Shown here: one piece after another, positions 23,619-36,600 of the stretch | How the letters are laid out: every line of letters begins with the position of its first letter | How positions within the stretch are numbered: position 1 is the first letter of the stretch | Source of the DNA: Neophaeotheca triangularis | Taxonomy: Eukaryota | Direction of reading: 5' to 3' | NCBI GenBank assembly: GCA_054600435.1 | Contig: BAAIJX010000022.1 | Span: 1 to 64,000, forward strand | Length of the DNA: 64,000 bases | The notes under the pieces: model-generated | What the model saw: the letters and a program-made list of their open reading frames with translations, nothing else | What the model was told of the DNA's origin: nothing | Databases searched by the model: none | Position numbers and translations under genes: made by a program

Positions 23619-25297
23619 ATGCCTCCGTCCTCCTCAATGTATCATACTTTCGCTGTCGAGTCCACACCGGCAAAAGTGCAAGTCGAAAGCCCTGATCAGC
23701 GACGCATCTCGACCTCAATCGCCTGCGTAGAATGCCGGCGCAAGAAGATCAGATGCGGTGGTGGCAAGCCTTGTCAACATTGTTCGTCTGCGAAGCGCTC
23801 AGAACTATGCAAATACCCTAAGCAGGCTCGAAAGGCCGTCGTTTCGCGAAGGTGAGCCGTCAATTACACATCTGTCCTTCTCAGAGGATATGGATGTCTA
23901 CAGGTACGCTGGAAGAAACGGGTTCGCTGACGCATCTCACAAAGCCAAGTTGAGAAATTGCAAGATACAGTGGACCAGCACTCCACAGTAGTCTCGAGAT
24001 TATTCCCTGGGCATCAACTGGCAGACCTGGTGCTGCTTGATCGATGCCAACTGCTGCAGCTGGCGGCATCCACTCAAGAGGAGCAGCCCGAGACGTCTGC
24101 ATCCCCCGCTCGCGAAACGACCGGTCAACACGTACAAGACTCTACCTCGCCCTCCGTGTCTCATTTGGAGACCGCTCAGAGTCTTGCAACGCTTGATCAC
24201 GTTCCGGAACTGAATCCGGCAGCTGATGAAGTTACCAGGTATCGGTCCACAGTCCACGCTGTCTCCGACGATGTCAACGGTCTCTCCTTCTCCGTGGACA
24301 AGGCTTCCTCGTATGTCGGCATCTCTTCCGTCAATGCTGTCCTCAAAGCCATCTTTAAGATTGCACCTCAGCTGCAGTCTCAACTTGCACAGCATTGTCC
24401 TCGTACAACCCAGCCTAGTCGTGCACCATCTCCTTCCGCTCCACCATCGCCGCAGCCCACAAATACCAAGGAAATTATGCCCTCGCCGCCACCAGACGTT
24501 GCTGAAAAGCACATAGACGCTTACTTTGAACACATCCATGCTCTAGTGCCAATGATTGACGAGGATGCTTTCCGGTTCAGCTTTCTCTATGAAGAGCGTG
24601 TTGACGCCCCGTGGCTCGCCCTCTTCAACGTTGTGCTTGCCATGGGATCGTTGGCTTCAGGGACGTGCGATAGCGTCGAGCACTCTACGTATGCTAGAAG
24701 GGCCAGGCAGATACTACGTCAGAGATCTCTCGGTAGCAACAACCTTCTCGTGCTCCAGGCTCACGGTCTTCTCAGCGGCTACTATCTCCACTGGTTGAAT
24801 CGCCCGAACGAGGCGAATGCAATGATGGGCGCAACCATGAGAATCGCGAGCGCTATAGGTATACATCGGGAATACGAGATCTCGTGCCTGGCTCATAACA
24901 CGCCTATACCCTCAGAGGTCCGGCGACGGACTTGGTGGTGCCTGGTATGTCTGGACACGTGGGCGAGCATGACGACTGGAAGACCATCCTTCGGGCGTCT
25001 AGGTCCTGGCATCACGGTTAAGCGTCCGACTCTTCCCCCAACCACAAATAATAAACAGTACCTGGCATCCCTCAAACTGTTACCCCTCGTACACAACATC
25101 GAATTCTGCACCTTGGCTACCCACGTACAGGATCAGCTGGCCACAAAACCCATGCTTTCGAGCGAAGAGCTGGCCATACAAGACGCCAAGTTGGTAGACT
25201 GGCACGAGAGTTTACCGCCAATTCTACGCTGCGTTTCTCCTCCGTTCCGATCTGCGCAAGGGCCCCAACATCAAGCTACGACCAAAAGGGACTCCAT
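23619..25297 (+). pseudogene. Zn2Cys6 transcription factor with fungal-specific TF domain, 3'-truncated; intron ~23852-23944
   Basis: ACVECRRKKIRCGGGKPCQHC...C cluster; YFEHIH..P and RRRTWWCL..LD motifs. The frame runs into unrelated repeat-bearing DNA at ~25298 and the C-terminus is not found in the window. Confidence 0.8.
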
Positions 25298-25543
25298 TGA
25301 GTCCTCACTTGCAATCCTCACTTGCGGTCCTCACCTGGGACTTGCGCGTTTCGTGCGTTGTAGGCGCACGTGCCCCAAACCTTAATTTTCCACCTATATC
25401 TTTGGCCGCTGCGGCCGCAACCACTTACCAACCACAACCCACCACTACTACCTCACCTTTCCACCTTCTTTCTACTTTCTCTTGCCAATCACTACCTGTA
25501 ACAGTGTTACAACCTTTCACCAACTACAATAGCCTACCTCACG

Positions 25544-26461
25544 ATGTCTGGCACCAACTCTGATCAGACCTCCGGTGACGCGCACCAGGACGGCTCCACC
25601 AAGCCTACCTTCACTGCCGACACTAGCAAGTCGAACCAGACCGCTGAAAGCACCCACTAGGACGGCTCCTTGAAGGCTGGCTTCACTGCCATCGCGAAAC
25701 CTGGCTTCACTACCCCCAAGAAGACTTCTGAGCTTAAGACTGCCGGTAACGCGAACAACCCCAAGACCCAGGGTATGGTCCCGTCTACCCCCCTCGAGAC
25801 TGCACAACGTAGGGCTGCCGTCCGGGAGAGATTCAACACCGACGACACCGACGACACCTTCGCCGCCTAGGCCGCCCGCGCTATCTTCGACAAGATCAAG
25901 GAGGAAACCGAGGACGAGCTCAAGAATGCAAACAACCCCAAGACCTAGGGTATGGTCCCGTCTACCCCCCTCGAGACTGCACAACGTAGGGCTGCCGTCC
26001 GGGAGAGATTCAACACCGACGACACCGACGACACCTTCGCCGCCCAGGCCGCCCGCGCTATCTTCGACAAGATCAAGGAGGAAACCGAGGACGAGCTCAA
26101 GAATGCAAACAACCCCAAGACCCAGGGTACGGTCCCGTCCACCCCCCTCGAGACTGCACAACGCAGGGCTGCCGTCCGGGAGAGATTCAACACCGACGTT
26201 ACCGACGACACCGACGACACCTTCGCCGCCCAGGCCGCCCGCGCTATCTTTGGCAAGATCAATAACGAAACCGAAGCCCTCATGAAGAGACTTGGGGCAG
26301 CCAGCAAGCCTTAGGAGGCAGACACCCCGTCTACCGGCGTCACAGACCTCCGCAAGAACCTAAAGCCTTTCTCCAAGACCCCACAGGACGAGCTCGCCCG
26401 CCAATCCAACCGCGACTTCGAACACAAGGGAGACCGTCAGGGTGGTGATGTGACCGCTTGA
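25544..26461 (+). pseudogene. Unknown ~305-aa protein with three 59-aa repeats
   Basis: ATG 25544 to TGA 26461 in one frame, broken only by TAG codons (CAG>TAG type). Confidence 0.65.
25748..26285 (+). repeat. 177-bp tandem repeat x3 (in frame)
   Basis: Units start at 25748, 25925 and 26102; the third has a 9-bp insertion and diverges at its end. Confidence 0.95.
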
Positions 26462-26749
26462 GGGCACGACGCGGTCTCTTAAGACCCCCCCCTCTAATGC
26501 GGAAGGCGGCTAGGGGACGTCACCGTGACGTGGCACTAGGCCTTGCATGCATCACCACCTTTCTTTAGCTAGCTTTCCATAGACATCTTCTATAGAGCAC
26601 ACATTCATGACACTTTCATATCAGTCCGGTTAATCGCGGCTAGCTATCATAAACGAATAAAGTAAAGGTAGGACAGTTTTAGTGCTCACAGTACAGCATA
26701 TTACAACAGCTACAACCCTAAGTCGCTGTCATTCCTTCTACTAGTCCGT

Positions 26750-28369
26750 TTATTGATCAGGATCTTCCTCTTCTTCATCATCACCTTCTCCCTCCTTGTC
26801 ATCTTCTACTCCCTGATTCTCGTCTTCCTCTCCCTCCACATCCGATCCTCGAAACAACCGTTCTAACCCCGCGGTCAAGCTCTTTATCTTCTCCATGGCG
26901 GTCTCGCATTCTCTATGAGCGGTGTTCTGCTAGAGGGCCGCAAAGGCGCAAATCTAGTGGACTAGTACCTCGTAGCGCTCAGCATCGACTACATTAGCGA
27001 GGTTTTCGCAGGTCTTCTCGATTGAGCTAGATTTCAGGACGCCACTAAACTGCTAGTAAAGCGTTTAACGAATACTGGCCATGAAAGCCTACTTCTTACC
27101 GCAAAGCTACTTGATGTGTCTAAAGCCTTCGGCCGCAATCGCAGATTAGTCATCATGAGTAGGAAAACCGGACAATGTCGGGTAGAAGCAGAACTTATCG
27201 TGTCGGGCGGTAACACTTAGAGCGTTTATGACATGTTAGTCCTTAGCACCCTTATCGCAGATGTCCTCGTGAATACGATTGCTCTAGCACATCTCGAGGA
27301 AGAACCTAAGACTCTAGTAGTTAAGACGAGTGTAGAAGTCTTTGCCGAGTCTACTGAGTATCTCGTGGACACAGCTTACTACCTCCGGCAGCATGTCGTC
27401 CATGTCAGGGTATATACGCTTTAGCTCGGTGATGACAAGTATAGCCTTCTCCGGGGTAAGCTGTCTCTTAAAGTTGTAGAATGCTGTGATGCCTTCGTCT
27501 GATGTGGCCGGCCCGAACTAGAGAGTAGGGTCGAGATTGTCGCAAATTTAGAGTAGCATCTTAGCCCATTCGGGCTCACTAGTCTCAATCATCAGATGGT
27601 ACGCTATGGCTATGATGTTAAGGTCACTATTAAGACTCGAAATGGTAATGGCGGCGTTACGCTCCGCTTCGTTCATGTCCTTATGTGAGATTTTGACCTT
27701 AGCTAGGGCCTATACCGTTTTGTTAACAGAAGCTACGCTACGTACAGTAAGTGATACCAGTTTCGTTCGTTACCTAAGGTTCTCCCCTTTAAAGCTCTTA
27801 TGGGTCTCATCGCGCTAGAATTCGGGGTAGAAGAAAACTACGTTCCTACTAACTATATAGGCGTAAAGGTAGCCTTGGGTAGGGAGATAGCCAACATATA
27901 GCTTGAGGTCGTTCGGAAGGAATGCTATTACTAGCATGTATACTCTTATGGCGAACTCATCGCGTAGCATCGCGTGCTCTATCCGCTCTATGTTAAACGT
28001 GACATTTTCGCTGTAGATGAAACTAACTTCGAGGTACTCCTTCGTTTGCCCTAGTATAGTAACTAACTAGTTACCTTTAGGTACTCTAGCGAGCGCGACC
28101 TCCTGTTCCTTACCCCTATTAATGTTTAGCCTAGCGGTCTCCTTCGCGTAAGAGATATTACTAGTGGTCGTCTGAGATCTCGATAGTCTATATGAAGAAG
28201 CCCTAACCTAAAGGTAAGCGGTCTAGAATTCTTTACGGCCGGCCGCGCTCACGGACATTATGCTTAACCCTAACCATATGGCCATGTCGTCTGACTTTCG
28301 CTTTCCCTTGCCCTTCTTACCCTTCTTACCCTTTTTGTGCGTTTGCTCGGAGTCAGACATAGTAGTCAT
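26750..28369 (-). pseudogene. Unknown ~540-codon ORF with basic N-terminus (KKGKKGKKGKGKRK) and acidic C-terminus
   Basis: Single minus frame from ATG 28369 to TAA 26750, interrupted only by RIP-type TAG/TAA. Confidence 0.65.
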
Positions 28370-28974
28370 ATAGTGAACTAGACGTCGTCTAGAAACCGCG
28401 AGGTATAAGACTAGGCTACGAAGTAGTAGTGAGGCCGTCCGGAGATTGTGAAAGGTTCTAAGTCCGAAAATGTGTGAGTGAAGCCGTAGGTAGACGCTAC
28501 CTACTATAGTAGAGGTATCGAACTCTAACGTAGCGGTCGAAGTGATACTATGTAGATAGATCTTCCTCGCGCGTAGATTGCTACGTACACGGCACAGCCT
28601 TTTGTAAGTCGGGTAGTGAGAAAGAATGTAGAAGGTTGCGGTCTTTAATACTAAGAGCGTACCTATAGATAAGTAGTACGTATGAGTCCGCTAGCACGAG
28701 ATAAGGTTAAGGTACCTACCTAGGTCTACCTTTACAGGACAGTAAAGCATTGAGTTACCTTGGACTAGAAGACCCTTTATAAGAGCAAGTAGCCTTAAGT
28801 GAGGAATAGATGAGACATAGAGTATTAAGTGTGTCATAAAAAAGAGGAGGGAAGAGAGAAAGTAGTAATCAAGAGTAGGGAGTAGTAATAGGCTAGTAAG
28901 GAGGTCACCTAGGAGCATTGTATGATAGAGGCTACAGTATGTACACTTCTCGCTGTATTACTACAATAAGACGC

Positions 28975-29591
28975 TTAGAGAGTCTTAAAGTTTCGCACCA
29001 TTTTGCGAGGTAGCGCTCTATCTCTAAGAGTGATAGGCGCTATGATCTTGTCGTAGACCTTAGCCTTCCTCCCGTTAATCATTGCCTTGTGATATTCAAT
29101 AGAACAATCTTTGGCTCGGATTTCGTAGATAAACATCTTCCTCGTCTAACCTAGCCGGAAAACCCTTACATCAGCCTATTCCTCCCATGCCCTTTTCTAC
29201 TATAGCCTATAACGGATCAGGATGTTGTAGAACTACATGTTGAGGCCCTGACCGCCTGTCGCACGCGTGCATAAGATCACCTTCGGTCCTTAGACATACT
29301 TGAACGTGTTAAGGGTAACGTGACACTTAGTAGTAGAAGCGCGGCCGTCGTAACGGTAGCATTTGACTAGATCGTATTATGTAGATAGGGTAATGTCGAG
29401 AATGTCGAGAAAGTATATTGACTTGTCGAGTACTACAACTATAGTGTTAAGATCGATATTAGTATAGTAATTAATCTTGTTCACGATAGTATCTACCCGA
29501 GGGGATCGGTAGGCTTCGTCCGACTTAAGGGCTGCCTTCCAAGTTTCTAGTTGTAGCTTCTCCTCTTTATCCTCTAACGCGTCGTCATTAT
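28975..29591 (-). pseudogene. SNF2-family helicase, C-terminal half
   Basis: YRSPRV, RYDGR, CTRATGGQGLNM, WEE*ADVRVFRLG*TRKMFIY match SNF2 helicase-C motifs. Confidence 0.85.
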
Positions 29592-30010
29592 TGTTGCGAT
29601 CCTACAAGGTAGTCTCACGGGTAGAGCTCGTAGCGGAAGAGGAGAGATATCGAAGAAGGCTGGCAAGGGTGTTTCCTTTGTCGTAAGGATTTCAAAGATA
29701 CGTGAAGTGTCGCTGTAGACCTTTCAGTAAGATTGTAACATGAGTTAAACACAAATCTCTACCTAGGAAACATCGCTAGCTATATACATAGGAGATTCGT
29801 GCTAGATCAGTCCTTGACTGATCTATCGTGCTCAGGATTAGACTGATCCTAAGTGTCCTGGCTTAGACTCAGCCTAAGTCTAAGCGAGCATGCTCAGTTG
29901 AAGTCTAAGCGAACGTCTTGGCTGGTTCTGAGATCACGTGTTCGGCAAGCTTCAGGGTTAGACCCTGGCTTAGACTAGGGACTCCAGCTCTACTCAGCTT
30001 GGCCGTAACA
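29592..30010 (-). repeat. 3' LTR of copy B
   Basis: Direct repeat of 40738-41156; R/U5 (29592-29801) shared with type A, U3 different. Confidence 0.96.
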
Positions 30011-30094
30011 CTATCCCCCTTTCAGCCTAGCTTCGTCCTCGAAGCCTGATAAAGTTCCGTCATTCCCCACACCGTTTTGTCATCAAGTTTCGCG

Positions 30095-30694
30095 ATGTCT
30101 TCCACCCTGTCCCGTAAACAGCAACGTCTCAATCTTTCGGCCGAAATCGAGAAGTCTAGAACAACCAACATGGCACCCTGTTCAGCCTGCCGATCTACGA
30201 GGAAATCGCCTCCGGCCGAACCAGTATGATGTGTGACTAGTGCTCGATCTGGTCGGTGTTCGGAATGTATATGCAAAGGGTATACCAAGTGTGACGCAAA
30301 GCTCAGTCGTCCTGAGTGGGAAAAATGGAGAGATTCACGCAACAAACTGCAACGGCAGTTGGAGGAGTGTGAGGAGGAGGAGCTCGAGCTTTTGCAAAAA
30401 CTACACGAGCGTCGTTCGAAAAAGTTGCGGTTGCGGAAACAGCTTCGTCATGCTAAGGGTCGCACGGAAACCGCGGTGTCTAGAGAGTTAGAGGATTTAG
30501 AGCAAGTGGATCGGTTAGAGGAAGATCTCTTGGGTCCGGTTGACACTAGGGTTAAGGTTGCGCAGCGTCTAGGCTTTGTTGGTATTCTAGAGATGTCGAC
30601 GTAGGACTGGAGTGCTATCGACGGCTTAGATCTTCCTTCCGAGCTTTAGGATTTCGGTCCCGATGATATTGTTGTAGGGCCTTCCGGCAGTTAA
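30095..30694 (+). pseudogene. Antisense ORF3 type B (199 aa): six-Cys Zn-cluster-like motif plus coiled coil
   Basis: ATG 30095 to TAA 30694; PCSACRSTRKSPPAEPV*CVTSARSGRCSECICKGYTKC then EWEKWRDSRNKLQRQLEECEEEE...KKLRLRKQLR. Confidence 0.8.
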
Positions 30695-33600
30695 GTAGGT
30701 TGTCCTTAGGTTCCTAAGTGTTTTCGCTTGCGTGGTAACCTTTCCATTTCACGAGGTAGTTCTGACCGTCCTTGTCTAGAATCTTTTCGACCTCGTACTC
30801 GGCTTCTTCCTCTAGTGGATTGTGGTGAAAGGTGTCTTAGATTGGTGTTTCGGGGTCTGCTGGTTCGAGCAAGGATATATGGAAGACTAGGTGAATTCTG
30901 GCGTCTTTTGGGAGTTAGAGGAGGTAGTTGACTTTTCCTCTTTGTTCTTCAACCAGAAACGGTCCGACTTTGACATGGTCCAGTTTTCGTGTTCGTCTCC
31001 TTGTCTTCAGATTTTTCGTGAGTAGGTACACCTTATCCCCCTTCTTAAGCTGAGGTGCCGTTTTGGAGTCCTTATATCTCTATGACTCGAGTCGCCGTTA
31101 CGACTATGTGATCTTGTCTTTCGCCTGTTTGTGTGCTTCCTATAGCTGCGAAGACGTTTGCAGGGCTCTTTCCGCGAGTGGTCCTGGCTTTAGTTCTATA
31201 AACATGTTTAGATCTTTTCCGAAGTTTACGTAGAATGGAGTTATGCCTGTCGTTTCTAAGGCATTGTTGTTGAGTGCGAGTTGTGCTATAGGTAAGAGCG
31301 CTACCTAATTGTCCTGAGCGTAATTGACGTAATGTCGCAAGTACGTTTCGAGGGATTAGTTTGAGCGTTCTGTCTGTCCGTCGGTTTCGGGGTGAAATGC
31401 TGTCGATAGCTTGTGTTTTACTCTGATTGCTGAAATCAAGGTCTTCTAGTAGTTAGATGTGAAGAGCTTGTCTCTATCCGTAATTAGAACCGTTGGAATG
31501 CCGTGGTATCGTACTAATCTGTCGAGAACAAGGTATCCGAGTTCCTCTATAGTGATTGTCTCGTTGCAGGGAACGAAATGTGAATACTTCGTGAGTCTAT
31601 CGACCATGACTAGGATCGAATCGTAGTCCTTGCTTGTTGATGGGTCCTTAGATCTTAGTAGTTTGACAATAAAATCCATTGTGACCTCGTTCTATGGTAG
31701 ATCCGGTGGCTCCTAGAATTGTAGGTTTCCATATTTAGCATGTCTCGAAGCTTTGTTCTGCTGGCAGCTCGTACATTTCTTGATGTACTCTGAGATCTTC
31801 TGTCTCATTCCGGGGAACACGAAGTTGCGTCTAATATGTTCCATTGTTCTAGCGATTCCTAGATGTCCGTTAGTAGGTCCATCGTGGTAGTCTTAGATGC
31901 ATTAGCGTTCCTTTTCGTCTGGAACCCTAAACTTCCTATGTTCGATAGGGAATTCCTCGGTGTCATCCTGTAGTACCCGTAGTACTGAGTTAAATTCCTG
32001 AGGGTTAGCGCTTAGGCTTCCGTCCTTATTAACTTTCAGTATGCGGTGTTGCTATAGAAGATGTCCTTCTATATAGTCGCTTCTTCTACTTAGCGCGTCG
32101 GCGCGCCCATTGTCCTTTCCGGGAGTGTAGACTATGTCGAACTTGTATTGTCCGAGTAGCTCTAACCATCTGCATTGTCGGCATGACAGTTCCTTAGTAG
32201 TTGTGAAATATTGTAGGTTCTTGTGATCCGAGTAAATGGTCAGTCTAGTTGCTCCTTCACAGTATACTCTCTAGTATCGCAATACTACAACGATTACGAG
32301 CAGTTCTTTGTCGTAGATCTCGTAGTTCTGTTCCGCTAGTGACATCTTCCTTGAGAAGTAAGCGATAGGGTGTCGTTTGCTTTCAACCTCCTACGTGAGG
32401 CAAGCTCCTATTGCTCTATCGGAGGCATCGGTTTCGATTTAGATAGGTTTCTTGGGGTCAAACATCCTAAGCGTAGGGGCAGTCGTGCATGACTCCTTAA
32501 GCTTGTCGAAGGATTGTTATTGAATCTTTCCCTATACGAATGGCGTGTCTTTCTTCGTGAGGTTGGTTAGAGGCGTAGCGAGCCTTGAGTAATCCTACAC
32601 GAATTTCCGATTGTAGTTGGCTAATCCGAGGAATGCTTAGATGTCCTTAACTGACTTAGGTGTCGGCTATTCCTCGATCGATTGAGTTTTCTTCGGGTCT
32701 ATTCGGATCCCGGTAGTGCTAATCACAAAACCTAGAAAGTCGACTTCCTTCTTGTAGAACTCGCATTTCTCTAGTGCTGTTCTGAAGTCTACTTTGTCGA
32801 GTCGCTCGAATACTGCGTGTACGTCTTTAGTATACTGCTCTCGTAATCCTTTTGTGAAGACCAATATGTCGTCGATGTAGGCGATGACAGTGATATCGAG
32901 TAGGTCTCGTAGGATGTCGTTAACGAGTTGCTGACAGGTTGCTAGGGCATTCGTGAGTCCTATAGGCATAACCTAGAATTCGTAAAGTCCGTAGCGCGTT
33001 CGAAAAGCTGTTTTCTACTCTTCCCCCCTTGCCATTCTGACTGAATAGAATGCATCTCGGAGATCGATTTTGGTAAACCAGTGTGAACCGGTGAGTCGAT
33101 CTCTCATCTCGTCGATGTTAGGCAGTGGATAACGGTTTTTAGTGGTGATCGCGTTGAGTCGTCTGAAATCGATAACCATTCGTAGTTTTCCTCCTTTCTT
33201 CGGAACGAAAAACGGTAGTGAAGCGGCTAATGAAGTAGAGGGTCGAATCCATCCTTTCTTCATTTTTTCATCTAGCTATCGTCGTTGCTCTTCGAGCTCT
33301 TTTTCGGATAGCGCGTAAAGTGGCCCCCATGGTATTTCCGCACCGGGCTGAATGTCGATTCGGTGGTCCCATGGTTAATGTCTAGGTAGAGCGGCTGCTC
33401 CTTCCTCTTCCTAGAAAAGGCGCTTCCATTTCCTAAATTCTCTAGGGATATCCGAAGGTGCGTGACTTCCTTCCTTAACTCTCACTTGTTAGTCCGTTTG
33501 GGCTAGTTCGGTACCTGTGGAGTCCGATCCAATTCGTATTAGTATCGTGGTCGATTAGCGATACGTTTCGTTGATCTGCCTTCTCTCATCTGCCGTCGAA

Positions 33601-36600
33601 CGCTGCCAGCGCGCAGGGTAGGTTGTAGTGACGCAACTACACCTGTCGAATGTAAGTACTCGTTTTCTCCAATCCACTATAGGATTGTGTCGTTCTAACC
33701 AAGGAGTGCCTAGAACGACGTCATGTCTAGCCATAGGCATAACGTCCAGGACAATTCGCTCGTGATGCTTTTAGAAGACAAGTGGTAGCGGTACTGTTTC
33801 GCTATCCACGTCGGGTAGTGATGAGCCGTCCACGGCCATCAGTTCGTACCCGCCATCTGTTTTCTTCTGGGTAGCTAGCCCATGCTGATGTACGAACGTT
33901 TCCGAGATAAAGTTTCCGCTAGCTCCGGAATCTATCATGGTAAAGGTTTCGTATCCGTCGACAGTACATGTTGTCCGGAAGACCGTTCCTAATGCTATTT
34001 CGTGTTGAGCATTTGTGTTATTCAGTTCCTAACGCTCGCTCTTAGCGACAGGTCCTATTCGTTTTTTGAGAAGTAGGTAGATGAATCCGCTGTCTCGAGA
34101 GAGACTTCCTAGTAAAGGGGTCCGTCCCGAGGTCTAATCGTGACGGACCCCTTTACTAGGAAGTCTCTCTCGAAACAGCGGATTCATCTACCTACTTCTC
34201 AAAAAACGAATAGGACCTATCGCTAAGAGCGAGCGTTAGGAACTGAACAACACAAATGCTCAACACGAAATAGCATTAGGAACGGTCTTCCGAACAACAT
34301 GTACTGTCGACGGATACGAAACCCTCGCCATAATAGATTCCGGAGCCAGCGGAAACTTTATCTCGGAAACGTTCGTACGTCAGCATGGGCTAGCTACCCA
34401 GAAGAAAACAGATGGCGGGTACGAACTGATAGCCGTAGACGGCTCATCACTACCCGACGTGGATAGCGAAACAGTACCGCTACCACTTGTCTTCTAAAAG
34501 CATCATGAGCGAATTGTCCTAGACGTTGTGCCTATGGCTAGACATGACGTCGTTCTGGGCACTCCTTGGTTAGAACGACACAATCCTACAGTGGATTGGA
34601 GAAAACGAGTACTCACATTCGACAGGTGTAGTTGCGTCACTACAACCTACCCTACGCGCTAGCAGCGATCGACGGCAGATGAGAGAAGGCAGATCAACGA
34701 AACGTATCGCCAATCGACCACGATACCAATACGAATTGGATCGGACTCCACAGGTACCGAACTAGCCCAAACGGACTAACAGGTGAGAGTTGAGGAAGGA
34801 AGTCACGCACCTTCGGATATCCCTAGAGAATTCAGAAAATGGAAGCGCCTTTTCTAGGAAGAGGAAGGAGTAGCCGCTCTACCTAGACATCAACCATAGG
34901 ACCACCGAATCGACATTTAGCCCGGTGCGAAAATACCATGGGGGCCACTTTACGCGCTATCCGAAAAAGAGCTCGAAGAGCAACGACGATGGCTAGATGA
35001 GAAAATGAAGAAAGGATGGATTCGACCCTCCACTTCATTAGCCGCTTCACCACCGTTTTTCGTTCCGAAGAAAGGAGGAAAACTACGAATGGTTATCGAT
35101 TTTAGACGACTCAATGCGATCACCACCAAAAACCGTTATCCACTGCCTAACATCGACGAGATGAGAGATCGACTCACCGGTTCACACTAGTTCACCAAGA
35201 TCGATCTCCGAGATGCATTCTATTCAGTCAGAATGGCAAGGGGGGAAGAGTGGAAAACAGCTTTTCGAACGCGCTACGGACTTTACGAATTCCAGGTCAT
35301 GCCTATGGGACTCACGAACGCCCTAGCAACCTGTCAACAACTCGTCAACGACATCCTACGAGACCTACTCGACATCACTGTCATTGCCTACATCGACGAC
35401 ATATTGGTCTTCACGAAAGGATCACGAGAACAACATACTAAGGACGTACACGCAGTATTCGAACGACTCGACAAAGTAGACTTCAGGACAGCACCAGAGA
35501 AGTGCGAGTTCTACAAGAAGGAAGTCGACTTTCTAGGCTTTGTGATCAGCACTACTAGGATCCGAATAGACCCGAAGAAAACTTAATCGATCGAGGAATG
35601 GCCGACACCTAAGTCAGTCAAGGACATCTAAGCATTCCTCGGATTAGCCAACTACAATCGGAAATTCGTGCAGGATTACTTAAGGCTCGCTACGCCTCTG
35701 ACCAACCTCACGAAGAAAGACACGCCATTCGTATAGGGAAAGATTTAACAACAATCCTTCGACAAGCTTAAGGAGTTATGCACGACTGCCCCTACGCTTA
35801 GGATGTTTGACCCCAAGAGACCTATCTAAATCGAAACCGATGCCTCCGATAGAGCAATAGGAGCTTGCCTCACGCAGGAGGTTGAAAGCAAACGACACCC
35901 TATCGCTTACTTCTCAAGGAAGATGTCACTAGCGGAACAGAACTACGAGATCTACGACAAAGAACTGCTCGCAATCGTTACAGCATTGCGATACTGGAGA
36001 GTGTACTGTGAAGGAGCAACCGGACTGACTATTTACTCGGACCACAAGAACCTGCAATACTTCACAACTACTAAGGAACTGTTACGCCGACAATGCAGAT
36101 GGTTAGGGCTACTCGGACAATACAAGTTCGACATAGTCTACACTCTAGGAAAAGACAATGGGCGCGCCGACGCGCTAAGTAGAAGAAGCGACTACATGGA
36201 AGGACACCTTCTATAGCAACACCGCATACTGAAGGTTAATAAGGACGGAAGCCTAAGCGCTAACCCTTAGGAATTTAACTCAGTACTGCGAGTACTTAGG
36301 GATAACAACGAAGAATTCCCTGTCGAACATGGGAAGTTCAGGGTTCTAAACGAGAAGGAACGCCAGTGCATCTAGGACCACCACGATGGACCCACTAACG
36401 GACATCCAGGAATCGCTAGAACAGTGGAACACATCAGACGCAACTTCGTGTTCCCCGGAATGAGACAGAAGGTCTCAGAGTACATCAAGAAGTGTACAAG
36501 CTGCCAACGAAACAAAGCTTCAAGACACGCCAAATATGGAAACCTACAATTCCAAGAGCCACCGGATCTACCATGGAACGAGGTCACAATGGATTTTATT

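Noticed and set aside
25517..26307. Minus-strand repeat ORFs (214 aa and 120 aa)
   Set aside because: Antisense shadows of the 177-bp repeat; the plus frame has the ATG and the RIP-type stops.
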